Assembly: GCF_963921235.1 (NCBI RefSeq)
Contig: NC_086108.1
Span: forward strand, 20,336,001 to 20,400,000
Direction: 5' to 3'
Length of the DNA stretch: 64,000 nt
Origin: Mobula hypostoma
Lineage: Eukaryota
Part shown: piece by piece, positions 53,381 to 63,642 of the stretch
Position numbering within the stretch: position 1 is the stretch's first letter
Layout: each line of letters begins with the position of its first letter
Notes under the pieces: model-generated
What the model saw: only the letters and a program-made list of their open reading frames with translations
What the model was told of the DNA's origin: nothing
Databases searched by the model: none
Translations under genes and position numbers: made by a program

Positions 53381-54073
53381 GCGGCTGGCCTTGGCGTTTC
53401 CCGGGAATTTGCAGGGTGGTCTGCAGCAGCGGGCCTCTGTGCCCCACTGCTGGTGGTAGAAACACCATTGTTCGTTGGGCTCCTCACTCCCGTCGCCGGG
53501 TTTTGTAGGCTCTGCTGCCGGGCCTGGTCTGGTCTGTTGCTGGGCACGCAGCTTGGTGATCTGTGCGACGGATGCCCCTCTCTCTTTCCTGGCATTCCAC
53601 AGCACATCTGCTTGGGCCGCCACCTCCCGGGGGTTGCTGAAATCTGCGTCGCACAGCAGCAGGCATATGTCCTCGGGCAGTTGCTCTAGGAATGCCTGCT
53701 CAAACATGAGGCAGGGTTTGTGTCCTTCAGCCAGGGCCAGCATCTCGTTCATTAATGCTGACGGCGGCCTGTCTCCCAAACCATCCAGGTGCATTAAGCG
53801 GCGTGCTCGTTCGCGTCATGAGAGTCCGAACGTCCTTATGAGCAGGGCTTTGAATGCTGTGTATTTGCCGTCCTCCGGGGGCGACTGTATAAACTCCTCA
53901 ACTTGTGCAGCTGTCTCCTGGTCGAGGGAGCTCAGCACATAGTAGTAGCGAGTGGACTCCGAGGTTATCTGCCGAATGTGGAATTGTGCTTGTTCAAACC
54001 ATAATTGGAGTCGCAGCGTCCAGAAGCTTGGCAGTTATAACGAAACTGCGTGAACAGATGCAGCGTTGGTCAT
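53375..54073 (-). pseudogene. CsRn1-type gag, with stop and frameshifts
   Basis: MTNAASVHAVSL*LPSFW, LGDRPPSALMNEM and the CHCC knuckle. Confidence 0.85.
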
Positions 54074-54459
54074 CTCTGGTCCAAATATCGTTTGGGCCGT
54101 CGGGGTCACCAATTGTAGCGGTGTGCTACACACAGTGCTAGAATAACCACACGGAGTTGGTGAGTTAGAGTTGCGACGAAAGAGATTTATTCAAACTTCG
54201 CGGCCTGCTTTAAAGCCTTCCCGTTCCCGCCCTCCCTGGGGCGGGACTGCTGTGGGGAATGCATATTCCCAGACCCTTTCTGCGCGTGGGATTTTCCTCT
54301 TGCTGGTGAAGATGGCCTGGCGCCCTTTTTGGGGCCGGCCCTCTGCCTGCGCGCTATTGTGAGCCGGTTCGTGGGTCCCAGAAAGTGGGTCGCCACAGCA
54401 CTATTATACCACTCTCTACAGTTAATTGCAAGCAGACTTCCTTCAATAAAGGTTCTTTA

Positions 54460-55090
54460 CATAAGAATTTAAGAAATAAGAGGAGGAGCAGGCCATCTGG
54501 CCTGTTAAGCCCGATCTGGCCATGAACTCAGCTCTACCTACCTGCCTTTTCCCCATAATCCTTAATTCCCCTTCTATGCAAAAACCTATCTAACTATGTC
54601 TTGAATGCACTGTATTTAATGAGGTAACCTCTACTGCTTCCCTAGGCAGAGAATTCCCCAAAGCCATGAATCATTAACTTATGGATAAGTCTTTTATGGA
54701 GTATCTTATCGAATTCCTTCTCGAAATTCAAGTACAGCATTCATCTGTTGCCCTCTATACACAGCACTCATTATATCCTCAAAGCATTTCATTAACTTTG
54801 TCAAACAGGACCTGCTTTTTATGAATCCATGCTGAGCTCCTCGATGGAACTACTTCTATCCAGATGTCTTGCTATTTTTTACTTGATAACATCAAGCATT
54901 TTCCTGACTATAGACATTAAGTTTATATTTAGCTTATATTTATCCATCTTTTGCCTACATACATTTTTAAACAGAGGCATGACCTTTGCTGTCTTTTGAT
55001 CCATCAGGAACTGCCCAGAGTCCAGAAAATGTTGGTAAATTATCACAAACACCTCTACTATAACTTGCCCCATTTCTTTTAATACCTGCC
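54460..55090 (-). mobile_element. Degraded CR1 fragments
   Basis: CR1 tail at ~54460 and minus-strand AKVMPLFK, QHGF and LEFREGIR-like RT-region remnants. Confidence 0.7.
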
Positions 55091-55737
55091 TTTGATGGTA
55101 GCTTTGTTATTTGCCTTATTTGGCAGTGGTACTAAAGGACCTATGCACACCATGAAAGTGAAGCTACTTGAAGAAACAGCACAGTAACCCAATACGATGC
55201 AAGTAGAAAATTTTTGACAAGGTCCTGCTTGGGAGGTTGATCAAGAATGTTCAGTCGCTTGGTGTTCAAGATGAGGTAGCATATTGGATTAGACATTGGT
55301 TTTGTGTGAGAAGCCAGACAGTGGTAGTAGGGGTTTCCTTTCTGACAGGAGGCCTAGTGGACAACAAGGTAGACTATCATGGCTTTCAGAGGGATCTGTT
55401 TCAGCTGGAAAACTGGGCTGAAGAATGGCGGATGGAATTTAATGCAGACTGTGGTGATATCACGTGTAAGAACGTGATTAGAGAGATTTCTGGGTATGCG
55501 CAGAAATGATAGAAAGATCTGGAAGCATGGCGCTGTAAGACACGTGTGGTTGTTACTGTTAAATAAAAGTTCTATGTCTTCCAGAATATGATTCTTTATT
55601 AGTATGTATAAATATAAAGCACACAACATGGTGTCAGAAGTCGGTCTGGAAAAATAATACGTTACCTAACACGGGAGAATCGAAGATAATTGAAGAGTTC
55701 AAACTGTTTTGGTGTTGTTTTGCTAACAGTTTTGCAA

Positions 55738-57278
55738 ATGGAAGGGCTGCAACCTCCACCGACACTTTGATTGTCTGGGAATGTAGCTGAGAACTGGAGA
55801 AGATTTAAGCAGCGTTTTGAATTGTATTTATCAGCAATCAAAGCAGATAGAAAACTGGAAAAAAAGAAAGCTGCGCTTCTACCCCATGTAATAGGTGACA
55901 ACGCAATTGAGGTATATAATCATTTTATTTTTGAAAGTGGAAATAATTTAAAGTTGGAATTGATAATGGACGAACTTGAAGCATTTTGTATACCAAAGCG
56001 TAATGTGATGTACGAAAGGCACAAATATTTTACGTGTGCAGAGAGCTGCTGAAACTATTGATCAATATGTTACTGAGTTGAGACACCAGAGTAAAACATG
56101 CGAGTTTGCAGAACTAACAGACTCTCTCGTTAAAGACAGAATTGCTTGTGGTATTTGGGATAATGGTTTGAGAGAAAGACTGTTAAGAGAACAAGACTTA
56201 GACTTGGAAAAAGCTTTGATGCTCTGCAAAGCTTCGGAAACCGTGACGTCACAGGCTAAAGACCTTTTCATTGAGAGCTACAACGTAGACTCTACTATGA
56301 GGGAGTTAGATATGGCCCTTGTGGCTACGGGGATCGGGGGTATGGAGGGAAGGCTGGGGCGGGGTTCTGAGTTGGATGATCAGCCATGATCATAATAAAT
56401 GGCGGTGCAGGCTTGAAGGGCCGAATGGCCTACTCCTGCACCTATTTTCTATGTTTCTATGTTTCTATGTAGACGCTGTAAAAAAGTGCAAACATATTAG
56501 AAAAAAATAATAAAACAATTACAAAAATGACAGAGAGCAAGATGTCATCTGAGAGAAAAAAGCTATGTGATCGCTGTGGGCAACAGCATCGGTCAAAACA
56601 GTGTCCAATGTATGGGAAAATGTGCAACAACTGCGGTAAGAGTAATCATTTTTCATGCTGTTGTAGAAGTAGAAAGAAAATAAAACAAGTAACTGCAGTG
56701 CTTGAAAATGAACTTGTAGAGTATTATATAGATGTGCTTTGTGAAAAAAAAACAAAGTAAGAATGACTGGACTATTCCATTGCAAGTGAACCAAAACAAT
56801 ATTCTGTTTAAAGCTGATACTGGAGCACAAGTAAATGTTCTTGCAGAATCTGAGTTTAATGCATTAAAACCAAGACCAAAGTTACATAAGACAAATATAA
56901 GAGTGACTGGGTATTCAGGTGCACACATTCCAGTTAAAGAAACGTGTGGCAAAAGTATCACACAAAAATATTGTGCACATGCTTTCACTTGTGGTGTTGC
57001 CAAGGAATGTACAGTCAATACTGGGTTTATCTGCCTGTGAGAGACTGAATTTGGTGAAAAAAGTCTTAGTCCTGGACAGTGACACAGAGTCTGAGTACAG
57101 TGATTTGATGAAAGAGTATGAGGACTTGTTCAAAGGGCATGGTTGTCTTCCAGGAGAGCACACGATTAAAATTGACAACACAGAACAGCCCATAGTACAT
57201 CCATGTAGAAAAGTACCTTTTGCATTACATCATCAACTGAAAACAGAGCTTGACAGAATGGAACAGCTAGAAGTCATA
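55738..57278 (+). pseudogene. Mag-type gag-protease and pre-RT linker, degraded
   Basis: GNVAENWRRFKQRFELY, ETIDQYVTELR, double Zn knuckle CDRCGQQH...C / CNNCGKSNHF...C, protease FKADTGAQVN and RKVPFAL...ELDRME. Confidence 0.9.
56291..56468 (+). mobile_element. CR1 3' tail inserted in gag
   Basis: (TTTCTATG)3 tail. GTAGAC duplicated at 56285-56290 and 56469-56474. Confidence 0.85.
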
Positions 57279-57652
57279 AAGAAAGCTCCCAGACCCATCC
57301 CTTTGTTACCAGCATCTGACAAAGCATTGCTACCAAAACCAGGAGTTGCAATTTTGCCCTCTGGAAGTAACGCACATGCATCAATGGGCCAGCAATTCCA
57401 TCACAATCTCACCTCTGCAGGAGGACAGAGGCCAAACTTGCCGGTACAGTACAATACTGATCTGAAGCCAAAGAGTGACAAGAACCAGGATCCAATTGAA
57501 AAAGTGAAAGCACAAGTGAAAGAATTGAGAAGTTTATTGAAATGATGAAGTCTCAGCATATAAAAGAGATTACACAGTTAATGAATGAATTAGATGAAGA
57601 AAAGAAGATTCGTATTTCATTACAAATGGAAGTGGAAGGAATTAAGAAAGCT
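57279..57652 (+). pseudogene. SH3KBP1: Captured SH3KBP1/CIN85 C-terminal fragment (Pro/Ser-rich linker plus coiled coil)
   Basis: SDKALLPKPG...GQRPNLP...KPK...VKAQVKELRS[frameshift][39 protein letters not shown] matches the remembered CIN85 C-terminus ([50 protein letters not shown]). Confidence 0.88.
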
Positions 57653-57880
57653 ACAGTACTTGAAGAAGCACAACCCATATCATACATGGTCCAAACAGAA
57701 GAAGGAGCAGTGTTAAGAAGAAATCGCAAAGACCTAAAGAAAGAGCTAACTTCAGAGTTGCAGTTAACTGATGCAGACCAGACAAAACATGAAAATAACA
57801 ACGAAACACTAGAACTGTGTGAACCACTTAGAAGGTCTACTCATGTTCGTAAACCCCCAGAGATTGATAGAGACATGTTA
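57653..57880 (+). pseudogene. Integrase C-terminal tail of the Mag element
   Basis: TVLEEAQPISYMVQTEEGAVLRRNRKDL...LRRSTHVRKPP, typical of the 3' end of Mag pol. Confidence 0.78.
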
Positions 57881-58215
57881 AATTATGTTAAGTTATGGTC
57901 AATGTTGCTAATTGTTTTTCTTTTTAAGAAAAGGAAGATGTGGTGATATCACGTGTAAGAACGTGATTGGAGAGAGTTCTGAGCATGCGCAGAAATGATA
58001 GAAAGATCTGGAAGCATGGTTCTGTAAGACACGTGTGGTTGTTGCTGTTAAATAAAAGTTCTATGTCTTCCAGAATATGATTCTTTATTAGTAACCCATG
58101 GTACATATAAATACTAAGAACACAACACAGACAAGTGTGAGGTGTTGCATTTCGGTTGACCAACCTGGGCAGGTCTTACACAGTGAATTGTAGGACACTG
58201 AGGAGTGCAGTAGAA

Positions 58216-58361
58216 CACACATAAAAGTTGCTGGTGAACGCAGCAGGCCAGGCAGCATCTCTAGGAAGAGGTACAGTCGACGTTTCGGGCCGAGACCCTT
58301 CGTCAGGACTAACTGAACAAGAGCTAGTAAGAGAAATCCCAGCATCTGCAGATTTCCTCCT
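58216..58361. mobile_element. Short Penelope pLTR insertion, 13-bp TSD
   Basis: GAGTGCAGTAGAA at 58203-58215 and 58362-58374. Confidence 0.85.
58275..58310 (-). ncRNA. Minimal type I hammerhead ribozyme motif, intact
   Basis: Minus strand AGTC-CTGACGA-AGGGTCTCGGCCC-GAAA-CG-TC-GACT. Stem I AGTC/GACT, stem II GGGT/GCCC, palindromic ACGT helix III. Confidence 0.75.
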
Positions 58362-59067
58362 GAGTGCAGTAGAAGAAATGGATTTGGGAATACAAGTCCA
58401 TAATTTGTTGAAAGTTTTGTCACAGGTAGATAAGTTTGTAAAGAAAGCTTTTGGCACATTAGCCTTCCTAAGTCAAAGTACTGAGTACAGGAGATGGGAT
58501 GTCACATTGAAGGTGTAGAAGATGTCGGTGAAGCCTAATTTGGAGTGTTGCATGCAGATTTGGTCACCTACCTACAGGAAAGATATAAATTAGGTTGAAA
58601 AAGTACAGAGAAAATTTACAAGGATGAGGACCCTGAGTTATAAGGAAAGATTGAATAGGTTGAATAGGTTGGGACTTTATTCCTTAGAACATAGAAGATT
58701 GAGAGGAGACTTGATAGAGGTATACAAAATTATGAGATGTATAGGTAGGGTAAATGCAAGCAGGCTTTGTCTGCTAAGGTTGGGTGGGGTCATGGGCTAA
58801 GGGTGAAAGGTGAAAGGTTTAAGGGGAACATGAGGGTAAACTTCACTTGGTTGTGAGTGTGGAGTGAGCTGCCAGCGCAAGTGGGACATGCTAGCTGGAT
58901 TCCAACGTTTAAGCAAAGTTTGGATAGGTACATAGATGGTAGGGTTATGGAGGGCTATGGTCCTGGTACAGGTTGATGGGAGTAGACAGTTTAAATGGTT
59001 TTGGCAGGGACTAGCTGGGCCAAAGGACCTGTTTCTGTGCTGTATGTTTCTATGAATGTATGCCTCT

Positions 59068-59173
59068 AAAATGGATTCATCATGTGGAGCAATAGGGATA
59101 TGGGCAGAAGACCTGGATGATATGTTGTTGAGCTCAAGAAACACAACCAATCTCAGCCATTGGCTCTATTCAT
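59068..59173 (-). repeat. Inverted paralog of the minisatellite locus with a single monomer
   Basis: Reverse complement reads ATGAATAGAGCCAATGGCTGAGATTGGTTGTGTTTCT...CATCCAGGTCTTCTGCCCATATCCC...GAATCCATTTT, matching both flanks of 47366-49697. Confidence 0.75.
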
Positions 59174-59949
59174 TGAATGAGTAGAAATATTTCTGAGAAG
59201 GAACAATATTGTCATTGACCTGGGCAAATGTAGAACAGAGCAATATATGGTTACACACAAAAGAAAAAACAAATCTTTTTGTTGATGATAGGGCCAAAGA
59301 CATTATACTGTAGAAAGAGGTGAAAGGTGAGTGTCCAAACATGTCATTGGCTTGACAGACACCAACAAGTTGAAAACTCAGTTAGATTGTCAGAACCCAG
59401 TCACAGTCTGCAGATCCAGTGGGTTAAATCAAGCTCATATTGAACTGAATGTTTTGAATGGAACTGTGATATGGAGGCAATTAAAAGATTCCAAAAAGTT
59501 CCCACAATGAGGTCACACCGGACTGATGTCAGTTTAATAAAATGCAGCCAGACTGTTGAAACACTTGGACACTTTTTCAACAGCAGCTGATGCTGATTTA
59601 AGATCTACTTGAACTGCTGGCTCCAAGGATCTTGTGTGAAATGAGCTGAAGCATTTTCAGTCAAATTACATAAAAATATGGGCCAACATATTCTACCGTG
59701 AAAAGTATTGCTAGAAGTTTAGGAATAGTAGGTTCTTGGACCAAGATGCCTGTGTAAGTTGTTTGAAAAAGTTGTGCAATTCGTCATGACGCCTAAGTTG
59801 GGTCCCCCATAACCCTGCAAGAAAGTCCTCAACAAGACGGTACTGCACTGGAGTAAGGTGGCACTTGCTTAGCAACAATCTGCTCATAGAAGTTTAGTTT
59901 GTGTTCCACCAAAGTCACTCAGTTCCTGAACTGGCAGATGGAATTTAAT

Positions 59950-60102
59950 GCAGCCAGTCAGGATGCTCTCAGTTGTGCCCCTGTAGAAAGTTCTTAGGAC
60001 TTGGGGGCCCATACCAAACTTCCTCAACTGTCTGCGGTGGAAGAGGCGCCTGCTGTGCCTTTTTCACCACACAGCTGGTATGTACAGACCACATGAGGTC
60101 CA
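59950..60102 (-). mobile_element. Rex1-like fragment
   Basis: Minus strand K.AQQAPLPP..LRKFGM.P.VLRTFYRGTTESILTGCI. Confidence 0.7.
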
Positions 60103-60634
60103 TCGAACCCTGCCGTTATTCATTTACACATATTGCAAACAGACTAGGTTCCCAGCTCTTCTGTGCTGGATCCCTTCTTAAATAAAAACGCTCAATCTTT
60201 TAAACTTGGCGATTACTTCAGTCTGTATAATATTATGATCCCATTTACCCTGATAGTTTCCACTGAAACTTGTGCTGACCTACCTCATTCCTGAGAGCTG
60301 AATCCAGTGTTGCTTCTTTCCTCCATGGACTGATTTTAAAAAAAGAGCTTACTGTTACATTTTATGTATTCTTTATGCCCTTTGAATTGAAACTTTTTTT
60401 TCCTAAAGTATTAGGGTAGTTGAAGTTCTAATCTCACTTCTCTGTAGAAGTATAAAATTTAATTGATTAGACCTACTCTGCCTACCCATCTCTTTTCCTT
60501 TTCCTTCCCTAACCTTTCTCACTGGACTTTATCATCCTTCAGTATTAGGCTCAGTGGAAAGAGAAATAAGCATAAAAGAATACGAGAGAAGTCACCAGTG
60601 GTTTAATCTTTGCCCTATTATTTTTTTTAAATGT

Positions 60635-60905
60635 GTTTTTATTTAAATATACAGCTAAAACATGTCTTCCAAAACAATGAGCCACACTGCCCAGCAACCT
60701 AGCTATTTAACCCAAGCCTAATCACAGAACAATTTACAATGACCAATTAACCTACTAACCGGCACATCTTTGGACTGTGGGAGGAATCCGGAGGAAGCCC
60801 ATGCGCTCATGGGGAGGATGTACAAACTCCTTACAGACAACACCGGAACTGAACACCAAACCCTAATGCCCCAAGCAGCAATAGTGTCAAGCAAACTGCC
60901 ATGGT
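60635..60905 (-). mobile_element. V-SINE (HE1-like)
   Basis: Same layout as 18858-19096. Confidence 0.75.
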
Positions 60906-61747
60906 ACTGAGTCACTCTATTCTGCTAAAACTTTTAACATTTAATCAGCAGACAATGTAAATTCATCTGATGAAATCTGTTAAATCCTGAGAGATTATGG
61001 CCCTATCATGCTGAGGGCACGTTAATGGATTCACCACACTTGACTGCTCATGCGAAAACATAGTCATGAATTCGTTTCTGACTCTCCAGCTTTACATTAG
61101 CTGTGGCTGTCACAAGCAGCCTGACCCTATCCATTTTGAATGTAGTCACAACTTGGATTGAAAATATTAATGCTGGTAAGTTGCTTGTTTTTTCTTTTAT
61201 CCACAAACTTAATACTTCAAAATAAGTTCCATTGCTTAAACATGCTTATAACTGGATTTATAATTTTTTTCCACATTGATTAAATTATTCTACTTTAGCC
61301 TATCTTTAATTGTTACTGAATAACAGAGATATTCAGAAAAAGTTAAAAACATCTGTAGTAGTGGGAAATGGCAATAACTTTCAGCTCGTTTTGGCTGCAA
61401 AAAGTTACTGTATCAGTGGGAATAATATAGCCAGTCAAAGGAATGGGTTGCATCAAATGTGTCTTGGCCCTATCAACTTGATTCTTGGAGCTGAGATTGC
61501 TGTGGCACAAGATCTCTCAGCTTATCCAATCCTTTGTAAAGCTTGACCCACCAAAGTCCATGCAGCTGTAAATGTCCTTCAGTAAGACATGACCTTGAAA
61601 ACTCATTGCACTGATTTTTCATGTCAGAAAGTCAACTAAAGACTGAAACAAATATTTTTTTAAAACAATAAGATCAACTATGGATTTTCTTGACACTGTT
61701 ATAGATGGGATTCACACAACATTTATATTGATTATCGTTTAGGCTTA

Positions 61748-61940
61748 GCTGGCTGGTGGTGTAGTGGCATCAGCACTGGACTTTGAGCCGGGGTCCTGGT
61801 TTCAAATCTGGCCACCTCCTTGCACACTTTCCATCTGTGCTGAGTTGAATGTCGAGCTAGCAACTCAGCCTCATAAAAAACATCCAATAACAAGGAAACG
61901 GCAAAAAAATGCCACCCAAGGTGTGAAAAGGAACAACAAT
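61748..61940 (+). mobile_element. tRNA-derived SINE, different family
   Basis: A box TGGTGTAGTGG and B box GTTTCAAATC. No full cloverleaf is apparent. Confidence 0.5.
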
Positions 61941-62929
61941 GTTGAGATTTTGCACTATACTGACCAATGCAATCAACTTGTCAACCAATTTTCAATGTAA
62001 TAGCTACTTGTAGAAGTGGATACCAGGGTTTATTGTTCAGTGGCCTGACTGTGACATTAATTTTTCATTTTAGAGAAAAAATGGTCATGAAACTTAGCTT
62101 GTGCTTACAGTTTGTTTGAAAACAACAGGTTCATATTGTATTCAATAATAATTGCCAATCATTGGTGTTGCGTTTCATAATAGAATTGGTTCTGACTAAG
62201 ATGTTTGGCAAGATCTACATTGTCAACTTTGTTCCAAGCAGTTGTTAATACCCAATTTATTCTGACATTTATTTGGCAACTAGAGCAGTGTTTAAGTGCT
62301 AATAGCTGAACATTTAGTTTCAGAACCTAGTGCTGTTGCAGATTGTCTTTCTGAAATGTTCTCCAGCAGATGTAGAATGTTACTTATTAAATGCTCTTTC
62401 TATCAGTTTTCAATCTCTCTTCCAACATTTTGTGTGGACCTCATCAAAAAAGGAACGCAAAGCTTGAATTTGCACTGTCTTCTTCAGACAACTGTAGAAT
62501 GCATCATCTAATTAATTTGAATACAAGGAAGCCCAAAGAAACCTTTCATAAGGTTCTGTCAGAATGGATGTCATTGCCGTAAATGATAGCTCCTTCATCT
62601 CCCCATGGAACACTTTGCGTTGGATGGTGGGGGATGTGGGGGTACCATTTGTAGATAGCCAATTTTCACTAACTCTTGTAGAGGTCATTGCTATCACTTA
62701 TGTCAAGATATTTTCATAAATAATGGATGTCATCCTCAGAGATAGCTGTCTGTGTCTCTCTTTCTGCTCCAATGAAAGGACCTGCAAGTTATGAAGCCTT
62801 TTGACCAATGAGGAATACTTTACAGCTTCCTTAATGAGATATGTTTTGCAGCTTCCTCTATTTCAGCCACATTAAATGTAGAAACTCTAGGCCCATTATT
62901 TTTATACTTTTCCAGCAGAAACTGTCTTT

Positions 62930-63632
62930 GAAAGTGAATCCATATGTTGTGGGAACAGATCAGTGATGGTACAGTGAAGGTAAGTGAAGCTAGCCGCTGA
63001 TGGTTGAGGGGTAATAACCTTTCCTGAATCTGGTCGTACAGGTCCTGAAGCTCCTGTACCACCTTCCTGATGTCCTCAGTGAGAAGACAGCATGGCCTGT
63101 ATGGTGGGGGTCCTTGATGATGGATGCTGCTTTCTGTGATAGCGCTCCCTGTAGATGTGCTCAAAGGTGGGGAGAGCTTTACTCATGAGGGACTGGGTTG
63201 TATCTGCTACTTTTTGTAAGCTTTTATTCAAATGCTTTGGTGTTTCCATACCAAGCTGTTATGCAACCAGTCAATACACTCTCCACCACATATCTATAGC
63301 ACTTTGTCAAAGTTTTAGATGACGTGTCAAATCCTCACAAACTTCTAAGAAAGTAGAGGCACTATGGTGCATTTTTGTAATGGCACTTACAAGCTGGACC
63401 CAGGCATATCCTCTGAATTGATAACACCGAGAATTTTAAAGTTGCTGACCTTCTCCACCTCTGATCCCTTGATGAGGACTGTCTCATGGACCTTGTTTTC
63501 CTCCTCCTGAAGTCAGTAATCATCTCCTTGGTCTGCTGACAGAGGCTGTTGCTGTGGCACCACTCAGCCAGATTTTCATTCTCCCTCTTATATGCTGATA
63601 TATCACCACCTTTGTTTCGGCCAACAACATCG
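62930..63632 (-). mobile_element. Rex1/Babar-like fragment
   Basis: Reverse complement resembles 42200-42860 and 29255-29820. Confidence 0.82.
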
Positions 63633-63642
63633 AAAAGTAATA

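Larger units (their letters stand above)
50041..54397 (-). mobile_element. Full-length Gypsy LTR retrotransposon, CsRn1 clade, mildly degraded
   Basis: LTRs 54114-54397 and 50041-50326, TSD GCAC, PBS TGGTGACCCCGACG (tRNA-Trp) and PPT at ~50327-50338. Gag CHCC motif CFYHQQWG..ARCCRPPC, protease FLVDTGA, RT YLDD, RNaseH VDASN, integrase core. Confidence 0.95.
55450..58127 (+). mobile_element. Non-autonomous Mag-clade Gypsy LTR element carrying a captured host gene fragment
   Basis: LTRs 55450-55628 and 57939-58127 (TG...CA), TSD CAGAC (55445-55449, 58128-58132), PBS TGGTGTCAGAAGT (tRNA-Leu) and PPT AAGAAAAGGAAGA. No RT YxDD, RNaseH or integrase core. Confidence 0.95.
55205..59053 (+). mobile_element. 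CR1 LINE split by a Gypsy element and a Penelope fragment
   Basis: LENWAEEWRMEFNAD at ~55404-55449 rejoins KCEVLHFG at 58133. Ends in TGTTTCTATG at ~59053. Confidence 0.88.

Noticed and set aside
57279..57652. Genuine exon of the resident SH3KBP1 gene
   Set aside because: It lies between LTRs with a TSD, is fused to pol on both sides, is frameshifted, and no other exons were found in the window.
57279..57652. AAGAAAGCT as the TSD of a processed pseudogene
   Set aside because: There is no poly(A) or 3'UTR, both 9-mers fit CIN85 coding sequence, and the two sides are distant parts of pol.
61748..61812. tRNA gene
   Set aside because: Only A/B boxes are present, with no convincing cloverleaf. 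A SINE head explains it better.
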